Below are positions 8,716-17,314 of a stretch of 64,000 nt of DNA, one piece after another (the stretch's first letter is position 1; the number at the start of each line of letters is the position of its first letter). The stretch is from an uncultured Erysipelotrichaceae bacterium. Its GTDB lineage: Bacteria > Bacillota_I > Bacilli_A > RF39 > UBA660. The position numbers were made by a program, and so were the translations under genes. Under the pieces are notes generated by a model. That model was not told the DNA's origin. It did not search any database and was given only the letters and a program-made list of their open reading frames with translations. Where the stretch lies: positions 4,207 through 68,206 of the forward strand of contig CACWUS010000005.1 in NCBI GenBank assembly GCA_902764145.1, given 5' to 3'.

Positions 8716-9855
8716 ATGAAAAACATAAGATTATACTTAGTGGAGATACTGCTATTTATTTTTGTTATAGTATTTAATATTTTTTATAAAAATATATATG
8801 TTTTGAATGGCTTAATAATTGCTATATCAATTTTCTGTTACATATTTTTTGGATATAAAAAAGATAATTCATATATAAGAAATAGCGTAATTAGAATTGT
8901 GATAGCATGTTTGCTTTCTTTTTTGGTTATTTCTTATTCAACAGGACTTTTTTTAGGATTTAATAAGTCTGTTGCTACATTTAGTGCAAACTATATTACA
9001 AGAATAGTTTTGTTTAATTTTGTAGTAATAGTAAGTGAAGAGATAATAAGATATATAATAATCAATAAATCTATAAATAGTAAACTACCTATGATTTTGT
9101 TTACTATTATTATGTGTGTATTAAATATTATAACAGAAATAAATGGGAATATTTTATCTGATAGAGAATTAATTTTTGTCTTTATTAGTGTTACAGTTTT
9201 ACCAGTTATTTCTAGGGAAATTTTGTGTTCTTATTTAACTTATAGTATTGGACCAATACCATCTATTGTTTTTAAAAGTATAATTGTTTTATATGAATTA
9301 GTATTTCCAATAATACCTAGTTTAGGTAATTATTTGTATTCTGTATTTAATATTTTCTTACCATATTTTATTTACTATTTTTCAAGTAAAACAATTGCTT
9401 ATGCAGAAAAGTCTAAAAAATATTCAAGGAAAGTATCTAACAGAGTTGTTTATATACCAATACTTGTTGTATTAATAGTAATTATTATACTTGTATCTGG
9501 AGTTTTAAAATACAAAATGATAGCAATTGGATCTAACTCAATGCATCCTGTTTACGATAGAGGAGATGCAATTATTTATGAAAAGATTAAAAATGTAAAT
9601 AATCTTAAAATTGGAGAAGTTATTGCTTTTAGAAAAGGTGATATAGTAATTACACATAGAATAAGCAACATTACTAATAGAAATGGTGTAATAAGCTTTA
9701 AAACAAAAGGTGATAATAATAATAGTGAGGATTATTTTGAGGTTCCATCTTCTGATGTGTTAGGATTAGTTGAATATAGGATACAATATATAGGTTACCC
9801 TACATTATGGATAAATGAATATTTTAGAGGAGGGGAAATAGATTATGAACAATAA
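8716..9855 (+). CDS. sipW: SipW/ER-type (S26B) signal peptidase I fused to an N-terminal polytopic membrane domain
   Basis: GSNSMHP (Ser), ITHRI (His, not Lys) and TKGDNN..ED motifs in the C-terminal ~130 aa; about 7-8 TM helices upstream. Confidence 0.85.
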   Translation: MKNIRLYLVEILLFIFVIVFNIFYKNIYVLNGLIIAISIFCYIFFGYKKDNSYIRNSVIRIVIACLLSFLVISYSTGLFLGFNKSVATFSANYITRIVLFNFVVIVSEEIIRYIIINKSINSKLPMILFTIIMCVLNIITEINGNILSDRELIFVFISVTVLPVISREILCSYLTYSIGPIPSIVFKSIIVLYELVFPIIPSLGNYLYSVFNIFLPYFIYYFSSKTIAYAEKSKKYSRKVSNRVVYIPILVVLIVIIILVSGVLKYKMIAIGSNSMHPVYDRGDAIIYEKIKNVNNLKIGEVIAFRKGDIVITHRISNITNRNGVISFKTKGDNNNSEDYFEVPSSDVLGLVEYRIQYIGYPTLWINEYFRGGEIDYEQ

Positions 9856-10888
9856 AAAATATATTTTATTACAAATATTGTTTGTTTTTGGTATAGTCTT
9901 ATTTTCCCTAATGGATATATATTTATATAAGAATGGGTATTTTGAGGAAAAGAAAATAACTTTAAAATATAATGAATCTGGTCCTGATGTTGATTACAAA
10001 GTTTATTTAAAGGAAAATGATTTTTTTGATAAAAAGTATTTAACAAAAGAAGACAATAAAACATTTATTACTAGTTTGATTGATTATATTAATATTGAAT
10101 ATAATTATGTAATGCAATTTGATACTAAAGTTAATGCTAATTATAAGTATTATATAGTAGCAACTCTTGAAGCTAATAAAAATAATAGTGAATCTAATTA
10201 TTGGTCTAAGGATTATAGAATTACTGATGAAAAAAGTTACGAATTAAAAAATATAAATGAATATGTTATTCATAATAATGTTGATGTTGATTATAATAAA
10301 TATAATGGTATACTAGGTTCTTTTAAGAAAACATTAAATCTTAATGGTTCTAGTGGAGTATTAAAAGTATATATGGTTATAAATAGTGAAGTTAGTGGTA
10401 ATGGTATTGAAACACCAATAGAAAGTAAATTACTATTAGTAAAATTGCCATTAACTGAGATGACAATAGATGCTAGTGTTGAAACTTTACCTAGTGATAA
10501 TGTTAAAGAAATTAGTAAAGTAATTGATAGTAATAGAGTTCAAATAATGAAATCTATTGGATATATATACGTTGGCGCTGTTATCGTGTGTATAATTTTA
10601 TTAATTTATATATCAAATAGAAAAAAGAATGCCAATAGATATGAAAGTGAACTTAAGAAAATTTTAAATACATATGATAGCATTATAGTTAATGTTAAAA
10701 AATTACCAGATTTAACTGGATATAAAGTTATTGATGTTCTTAATTTTAATGAACTATTAGATGCTCATGGTGAAGTGAGAATGCCAATAAACTATTATAG
10801 AGATGAATATAGAAGTTTCTTTATACTTTTAAATGATAAAACAGCATGGAGATTTGTAATGAGTAGAATTAGAATAGAAAGGAAGTGA
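9845..10888 (+). CDS. DUF5305-like protein with TM at both ends of a beta-rich ectodomain
   Basis: N-terminal TM, VDYKVYLKENDFF, beta-rich middle, second TM, cytoplasmic YDSIIV...FNELLDA...PINYY tail; overlaps both neighbours. Confidence 0.55.
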   Translation: MNNKKYILLQILFVFGIVLFSLMDIYLYKNGYFEEKKITLKYNESGPDVDYKVYLKENDFFDKKYLTKEDNKTFITSLIDYINIEYNYVMQFDTKVNANYKYYIVATLEANKNNSESNYWSKDYRITDEKSYELKNINEYVIHNNVDVDYNKYNGILGSFKKTLNLNGSSGVLKVYMVINSEVSGNGIETPIESKLLLVKLPLTEMTIDASVETLPSDNVKEISKVIDSNRVQIMKSIGYIYVGAVIVCIILLIYISNRKKNANRYESELKKILNTYDSIIVNVKKLPDLTGYKVIDVLNFNELLDAHGEVRMPINYYRDEYRSFFILLNDKTAWRFVMSRIRIERK

Positions 10889-10893
10889 GTTAT

Positions 10894-13269
10894 ATGAATA
10901 ATAAGTTTAGGCTTATTGTAACTATAATAGTACTTTCTATTTTTCTTTTAATGAGCGTTGGTTATGCTACATATAATATAAAAACAAAAATTGCTGGAGA
11001 AGTAAGTCTTGGCGCTAATGGTGAAGTTGCAATTACTAATGTCGTATTGTCTGATTATAGTAATTTATCAAATCCAGGCGCTCCTACATATACTAAGGAT
11101 AGTATTTCTTTTGATTTAGTTTTTAATGTTGAAAATAATAGTGCTTTAGATGATGATTATTATGCTGAATATGATGTAACTATTTCGAATGATTCATTTT
11201 TTGGTTATGAGTTTGCTTCTTCTGTATTTACACCATCTGTTGAAACTTCAGCTAACGAAAATATGAATGTCGATTATGTTCTTGATGGAATTGAGCCAGG
11301 AGAAATAATACCTGCTTTAGAATCTAAAACTTTCAAATTAAAAATAATAATGTATCCACTTACTGCTGGAGAACATAATGTAACTGGGAATACAAATGTT
11401 GTGTTAGAGGAAGAGGAGGAAGAACCAACTGGAAATTTGCTTGCAAGTATTCCAAAGAATTCTACTATTGATTTAAGAGGAAATACTATTCGAGACAAAG
11501 TAACAGTAACTGTAATTAATTCATATAGTGAATCTAAGACATTTTCTTTTTCAATGAGCAATTCAAATTTTAAATTAGTGAATTCCAGTGGTACAGCTCT
11601 TGGAAACTTTACAATTGCTGCAAATGAAACTCAAACATATGATGTTTATATTGAAAGAAAGAGTGGTGTAACTTTTGCTACTAATCAACAATCTGTTAAT
11701 CTAGTTTTTGTAACTGATGAAGGCAATACAAGTTTAGGTAGTGTTAAAATTCTTGTTGATAAGGATGAAACTTTGCTTGATGATGATCCTCCAGTGATAA
11801 GTAATGTTAATGCTACATTTGTATCAGAGAATGGTAAAGTTAATCTTACATGGGATGCTACTGATATAAGTTCAATTTCTTATTTCATAATTGAAGCTTA
11901 TGATTCTAATGATTCATTAGTTGAGTCATATCAAACTTCAGATGGTTCTACTAGTTATACTGCTACAAATCTTTCTAATGGTACATATTATTTTAGAGTA
12001 TATGGTGTCGACTCAAAAAATAACAATGGAAAAAATAAAGCAACTTCTTGTGAAACTTCAAGTGGTTTTTGTTCAAGAAGTACAAGTGCAACATATACTT
12101 GGGTATTCACAGTAAATTATACTTTAGGAACTAATATTACAAGATCTAGTGGTCCAACTGAAATAGCAATAGGTGAGACATTATCTGCAAGATTTACAGT
12201 TAGTGGAAATAGAAACTTTAATAATATTACTGTAACTATGGGTGGACGAACATTGCAAAGAAATAGTGGATATACATGGTCTACAAATAATGGTACAGGA
12301 ACACTATCAGTACCTAATGTTAATGGAAATATAACAGTCAATATTACTTCTTCTGGTGGAGGATGCTTAGTAGAAGGTACTAAAATCAAACTTGCAAATG
12401 GTAAATTCAAAAAAATAGAAGATATTAGGTATACTGATTTATTAAGTGTATGGTCATATGAAAGTGGTAGCCTTACATATGAATATCCAATATGGATTGA
12501 AAAAAGTGAGAAAAGCGATTCATATCAAAAAGCTACATTTTCAGATGGAACTGTTTTAAAAACAGTTGAACTTCATCAAGTATTTAGTTTAGATGAGAAT
12601 AAATTTGTTAATATTTATGATGAAAATGGTTATATTAAAGTTGGAACAAAAGTTGCAAAAGAAGTGAATGGAAAAATAGTTCCTGTTTATGTTACAAAGG
12701 TTGAAACTGTTTTTGAAAAAGTTAAGTATTATTATGTTGCTTCTTCCATTTATTACAATATTATATCTGAAAATATAATAACAACTTCTGATCAAATAGT
12801 TCCAGGAGTAACTTTGTCAAATATGTATGGTTTCGATAATAGGATTAAATGGTTACCTATAAGAAAAGAAATTATTAATAAACCAAATGCTTTATTTGAA
12901 TATAGTGATTTGGATATAATGCCATATTATTTGTATTTAGGTTCTCGTGGTAATGAAACTAAATTGTTTGTTAATATGGGCTATGCTACTAAAGAAAGCT
13001 TAATAGAATATTTATTAACTACACAACTTGACCCAAAAAGAGCGGTGAGTGTAAATACAAATAAAAAGGGAAATAGATTATGGATGGTAACTACTAGTGT
13101 AGACAAAGTATTGAATTATAAAGATTATTTACATGAGGAAGGAAGTTATTATATTTTACCTAAAGTATTAGGCGTAAAAAAGTGGTATTCTACTTTTGAA
13201 GATAAATATTATTTACCAAATGATAAAGTAAAAGTTAATTATCCAATGCATTTTATTGAAGTTAAATAG
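10894..13269 (+). CDS. Large TasA-like minor subunit: prepilin-like N-terminus, Ig-like domains, Fn3, Hint domain, C-terminal domain
   Basis: Signal MSVGYA/TYN..KIAG matches the 8088 protein; Fn3 (VNLTWD...YTATNLSNGTYYFRVYGVD); SSGGG|CLVEGTKIKLANGKFKKIEDI Hint block A at 12364. Confidence 0.75.
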   Translation: MNNKFRLIVTIIVLSIFLLMSVGYATYNIKTKIAGEVSLGANGEVAITNVVLSDYSNLSNPGAPTYTKDSISFDLVFNVENNSALDDDYYAEYDVTISNDSFFGYEFASSVFTPSVETSANENMNVDYVLDGIEPGEIIPALESKTFKLKIIMYPLTAGEHNVTGNTNVVLEEEEEEPTGNLLASIPKNSTIDLRGNTIRDKVTVTVINSYSESKTFSFSMSNSNFKLVNSSGTALGNFTIAANETQTYDVYIERKSGVTFATNQQSVNLVFVTDEGNTSLGSVKILVDKDETLLDDDPPVISNVNATFVSENGKVNLTWDATDISSISYFIIEAYDSNDSLVESYQTSDGSTSYTATNLSNGTYYFRVYGVDSKNNNGKNKATSCETSSGFCSRSTSATYTWVFTVNYTLGTNITRSSGPTEIAIGETLSARFTVSGNRNFNNITVTMGGRTLQRNSGYTWSTNNGTGTLSVPNVNGNITVNITSSGGGCLVEGTKIKLANGKFKKIEDIRYTDLLSVWSYESGSLTYEYPIWIEKSEKSDSYQKATFSDGTVLKTVELHQVFSLDENKFVNIYDENGYIKVGTKVAKEVNGKIVPVYVTKVETVFEKVKYYYVASSIYYNIISENIITTSDQIVPGVTLSNMYGFDNRIKWLPIRKEIINKPNALFEYSDLDIMPYYLYLGSRGNETKLFVNMGYATKESLIEYLLTTQLDPKRAVSVNTNKKGNRLWMVTTSVDKVLNYKDYLHEEGSYYILPKVLGVKKWYSTFEDKYYLPNDKVKVNYPMHFIEVK

Positions 13270-13291
13270 TCTATTTATTAGACTATTTTTT
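13264..13291 (+). terminator. Intrinsic terminator closing the fibre operon
   Basis: AAATAGTCTA-N5-TAGACTATTT followed by T run. Confidence 0.75.
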
Positions 13292-13359
13292 ATGTAAAAT
13301 TTTTTGTGTTTTATTTTCAAATATTATTATTTTTTATAAAATAAATGTGGGTGAAGTCT

Positions 13360-14721
13360 ATGCAATTAAATGAAAGTATGTTTAGAGAATATGATATAAG
13401 GGGAGTATATGGAGAAGACTTAAATGGAGAAGTCGCTTATAATATTGGTCGTGCTTTTGGAACAAAATTAAGAGAAAAAAACATTTTATCTACAGTAGTT
13501 GGATATGATAACAGATTATCTTCAGTTGAACTAGAAGAAAATTTAGTTAAGGGTCTTATTGAATGTGGAATAAATGTTAAAAGACTAGGTCTTGTTACAA
13601 CTCCAATGTGTTATTTTGCAGCTAATTATTTAAATGTTAATTCTAGTATGATGATAACTGCTTCACACAATCCAAAAGAATATAATGGTTTTAAATTTTC
13701 ATATAATGGTATTCATAATGCATATGGTGATTCTGTTAAGGAAATATATAGAATTATAGTTAGTGGAAATTATATTGATGGAAATGGAACAAGTGAAAAT
13801 GTAGATATAAGGGATGCTTATATAGATTTAGTTATTAATAAACTTGATTTTGGTGATAAAAAAATAAAAGTAGTATATGATTGTGGAAATGGAACATCTA
13901 GTATAATAGCTGATGATATATTCAAACATTTGCCTATGGTAGATAGTTATGGATTATTTAATGAGTCTGATGGTAATTTTCCTAATCATCATCCTGATCC
14001 TTGTGTTGAAGAAAACTTAAGTACTCTAAAGGAAAAAGTAAAAGAACTTCATGCTGACCTAGGAGTTGGATATGATGGAGATGCTGATAGAGTAGGATTT
14101 GTTGATGAAAATGGAACATTTATAGAAATTGATAAATTTCTAGCGATTATGTGGAATTATTTATATGATAAAGTAGACAAAAAAGAATGCTTATTTGATG
14201 TTAAATGTTCTAAAACATTAGAAGATGAACTTAATAAGCTTGGTGTTAAACCTGTTGAATATAGAACAGGAAATTCATACACAAGAGCTGCTTCAAGTGA
14301 AGGAGATTATCCTCTTAGTGGAGAATTGTCTGGTCATGTTTATTTTAGAGATAAATTTCCAGGATATGATGATGGAATATATGTAGGAATGAGATTAATT
14401 GAAATGCTTAGTCACACAGATAAACCGCTAAGCTATTATGTTAATAAATTAAATAAGTATTATAGTACTCCTGAATTAAAAGTTAAAGTTACTGATGAAA
14501 CTAAGTTTGAAATAGTTAAAAAAATTCAAGAATACTGTGATTTTAAAGGATATCATTATATAACTTTAGATGGAGTTAAAGCTAAATTTGATGATGGATT
14601 TGCATTAGTTAGAGCTTCTAATACTGGTCCTAATATTACTATGCGTTTTGAAGCAACTACTGAAAGTAGATTAAATGAGCTAAGAAGCGAATTTGAAAGT
14701 GAACTTAAAAAGTATATTTAG
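13360..14721 (+). CDS. Phosphomannomutase/phosphoglucomutase
   Basis: FREYDIRG, ITASHNP (phosphoserine loop), DGDADR, GELSGH and VRASNT motifs. Confidence 0.93.
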   Translation: MQLNESMFREYDIRGVYGEDLNGEVAYNIGRAFGTKLREKNILSTVVGYDNRLSSVELEENLVKGLIECGINVKRLGLVTTPMCYFAANYLNVNSSMMITASHNPKEYNGFKFSYNGIHNAYGDSVKEIYRIIVSGNYIDGNGTSENVDIRDAYIDLVINKLDFGDKKIKVVYDCGNGTSSIIADDIFKHLPMVDSYGLFNESDGNFPNHHPDPCVEENLSTLKEKVKELHADLGVGYDGDADRVGFVDENGTFIEIDKFLAIMWNYLYDKVDKKECLFDVKCSKTLEDELNKLGVKPVEYRTGNSYTRAASSEGDYPLSGELSGHVYFRDKFPGYDDGIYVGMRLIEMLSHTDKPLSYYVNKLNKYYSTPELKVKVTDETKFEIVKKIQEYCDFKGYHYITLDGVKAKFDDGFALVRASNTGPNITMRFEATTESRLNELRSEFESELKKYI

Positions 14722-14729
14722 GAGGATTT

Positions 14730-14915
14730 ATGGAACTTGTATTAATTGAGCTTTTTGAAAATAAAAAGTATGGTAAGGTTGCTAGTTTTTTAGATCAAAA
14801 TAATAAAATATTTTATGCAAGAGTTATAGAAAAAGATGATGATATATTGTATGAAGAGTTAAGTGATGAAGAACAAAAGGATTTATTGCATGAACTTGAT
14901 AAAAATAACATGTAA
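14730..14915 (+). CDS. Small acidic hypothetical protein (61 aa)
   Basis: AGGAGG RBS directly after the mutase stop. Confidence 0.65.
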   Translation: MELVLIELFENKKYGKVASFLDQNNKIFYARVIEKDDDILYEELSDEEQKDLLHELDKNNM

Positions 14916-14973
14916 AATGTGTATTAGTAATTCTAAACACATTTTTTTATGGTATAATTAAGTAGGTGAAGAG

Positions 14974-15711
14974 ATGAAGATTGTTTATAAAGATATAAAT
15001 ATAAATTATGTATTCTATGACAATAAATCAGATATAAATTTAGTATACTTACATGGATGGGGTCAAAATATTGAAATGATGATGCCTATTGCAAAACCAT
15101 TTATTAAAAATAATAATGTATTAATATTAGATTTACCTGGTTTTGGTGATAGTATGGAGCCAAATGAAGTTTGGAGTATTTTTGACTATGCTGAAATGTT
15201 AGAATTTATATTTAAGAAGCTTAAAATAGACAATCCTATATTAATAGGTCATTCTTTTGGTGGTAAGATTAGTCTTGCTTATGCAATTAAATATAAACCT
15301 AAAAAAATAGTGTTACTTGCAAGTCCATATAAAAAGAAAATTAAAAAAGATACTTTTAAAATGAAAGTTTTTAAATTTGTTAAAAAAGTAAAAGTTTTAA
15401 ATAGATTTGAAAATCTTGCTAAGAAACATATTGGGTCAACTGATTATAAGAATGCTAGTGAAATGATGAGAAAGATTCTTGTTAATCATGTTAATTTAGA
15501 TTTAACAGAAGATGTTAAAAAAATCAAATGTCCTACATTATTAATATGGGGCACTAATGATGCAGCTGTTAATTATGAAGATGCAATTGAACTTGAATCA
15601 TTAATACAAAATTGTGGTCTTGTCACATATGAAGGATGTACACATTATGCATATTTAGAAAGAGTTAATCAAACAATAAATGTGATTAATAGTTTCATAG
15701 GAGGTAAATAA
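14974..15711 (+). CDS. Alpha/beta-fold hydrolase (esterase)
   Basis: LHGWG oxyanion motif, DLPGFG, GHSFGG nucleophile elbow, GTND acid, THYAYLE His. Confidence 0.9.
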   Translation: MKIVYKDININYVFYDNKSDINLVYLHGWGQNIEMMMPIAKPFIKNNNVLILDLPGFGDSMEPNEVWSIFDYAEMLEFIFKKLKIDNPILIGHSFGGKISLAYAIKYKPKKIVLLASPYKKKIKKDTFKMKVFKFVKKVKVLNRFENLAKKHIGSTDYKNASEMMRKILVNHVNLDLTEDVKKIKCPTLLIWGTNDAAVNYEDAIELESLIQNCGLVTYEGCTHYAYLERVNQTINVINSFIGGK

Positions 15712-17303
15712 TGAGATTATATTTTATTTTATCTTTATTTGTTGCTCTATATTATGTGATATTTAAAAGTAGAAAATATATGCATATGTTGCAACAAAAT
15801 TGGTATAATGATGGAAATAGATATTTTAATTGGATTATAGATAATAGTAAAAAAGTATTTCTAAATTTTGATATATTATTTTTAGTATTTATAGCATTGT
15901 ATTTTATTAGAAATATATATGTATCAATTGTATATTTTGTTATTTTATATTTACTATCTGATAAGATTTTTGAGAGTAAAATAAAAAAAGAACAATCTAA
16001 AAAGCCATTAGTAATAACAGCAAGAATTAAAAGACTATATGTAACTATGTTAATTATATATTTGATATGTGTTATCCCAATGATTTTATGTTTTGATCAA
16101 AATATAATTGACAAGTATTATTTCTTGATAGGTTTTATGATTTATATTAATCCATTTATAATAATGTGTGCTAATACAATTAATAAACCAATAGAGAAAA
16201 TGGTATTTAATCATTATAAAAGGCTTGCTAAAAATAAACTCGAATCTATGAATAATTTAAAGAGAATAGCTATTACTGGTAGTTATGGTAAAACTAGTAC
16301 TAAGAATGCACTAAATGATATATTAAATGTTAAGTTTAATTCTTTTGCTACTGAAAAGAGTTTCAATACTATGAATGGTTTAATGATATCAATTAATAAT
16401 AAGCTTGATAAATTTACTGATATATTTATAGCAGAAATGGGAGCTTTTAGAAGAGGTGAAATAAAAGAAAAATGTAATTTTATTGAACCTCAATATGGTA
16501 TATTAACTGTCATAGGAACTGCTCATGCTGAAAGCTTTGGTAGTCGCGAAAATATTCAAAAAGCAAAATTTGAATTAATAGATAGTTTACCTAAAAATGG
16601 AATTGCTATATTAAACATGGATGATGAATATCAGACAAGTTATAAAATTAAAAGTGAATGTAAAAAAGTATGGGTGTCTATTAAAAATAAAAAAGCTGAT
16701 GTTTATGCTAGCAATATTAAATTATCTAGTAAGGGAACAACATTTGATTGTACATTTAAAGATACTAATGAAAAAGTTACTCTTGAAACTAGATTACTAG
16801 GGGATGCTAATGTTTATAATATATTACAAGCAGTCGCGCTTTCTTATAATTTAGGAGTAAGTCTTGAAGAAATAAAAATTGGAGTTAAGAGAATTAAAAC
16901 TGTTGAGCATAGGTTAGAACTTAAAAAATATGGTGAAATAAATATAATTGATGATGCTTATAATTCTAATCCTGTTGGATCTTCTATGGCTGTTGATGTT
17001 TTAGGTCTTATGTCTGGTAAGAAAATAATTGTTACTCCTGGTATGATTGAGCTTGGAGATAAACAATATGAATATAATATGGAATTTGGACGTCATATAG
17101 CACGTGTTTGTGATGAAGTTATATTAATTGGACAGATGCAAACAAAACCTATTTTAGATGGTTTAAAGCGTGAAAAATATGATGAAAAGAAAATACATAT
17201 ATTAAATGACGTTAAAGAAGCATTTCCTCTTATGAGAAAACTAGCTAATGGGGAAACATATGTGCTGCTTGAAAATGATTTACCTGATATATTTAATGAA
17301 TAG
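15711..17303 (+). CDS. murF: UDP-MurNAc-tripeptide--D-Ala-D-Ala ligase, membrane-anchored type
   Basis: ITGSYGKTSTK, AEMGA, IIDDAYNSNP, TPGMIELG; about 4 N-terminal TM helices; next to ddl. Confidence 0.85.
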   Translation: MRLYFILSLFVALYYVIFKSRKYMHMLQQNWYNDGNRYFNWIIDNSKKVFLNFDILFLVFIALYFIRNIYVSIVYFVILYLLSDKIFESKIKKEQSKKPLVITARIKRLYVTMLIIYLICVIPMILCFDQNIIDKYYFLIGFMIYINPFIIMCANTINKPIEKMVFNHYKRLAKNKLESMNNLKRIAITGSYGKTSTKNALNDILNVKFNSFATEKSFNTMNGLMISINNKLDKFTDIFIAEMGAFRRGEIKEKCNFIEPQYGILTVIGTAHAESFGSRENIQKAKFELIDSLPKNGIAILNMDDEYQTSYKIKSECKKVWVSIKNKKADVYASNIKLSSKGTTFDCTFKDTNEKVTLETRLLGDANVYNILQAVALSYNLGVSLEEIKIGVKRIKTVEHRLELKKYGEINIIDDAYNSNPVGSSMAVDVLGLMSGKKIIVTPGMIELGDKQYEYNMEFGRHIARVCDEVILIGQMQTKPILDGLKREKYDEKKIHILNDVKEAFPLMRKLANGETYVLLENDLPDIFNE

Positions 17304-17314
17304 GAGTTGAAGTT

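Noticed and set aside
11407-11424. Poly-Glu tract (EEEEEE) as a slippage or phase-variation site
   Set aside because: Encoded by mixed GAG/GAA codons, not a homopolymer or perfect SSR; likely an interdomain linker
12364-12795. Hint domain as a classical self-splicing intein
   Set aside because: No terminal His-Asn/Gln followed by Cys/Ser/Thr, no homing endonuclease, and the host is a surface protein rather than a conserved enzyme
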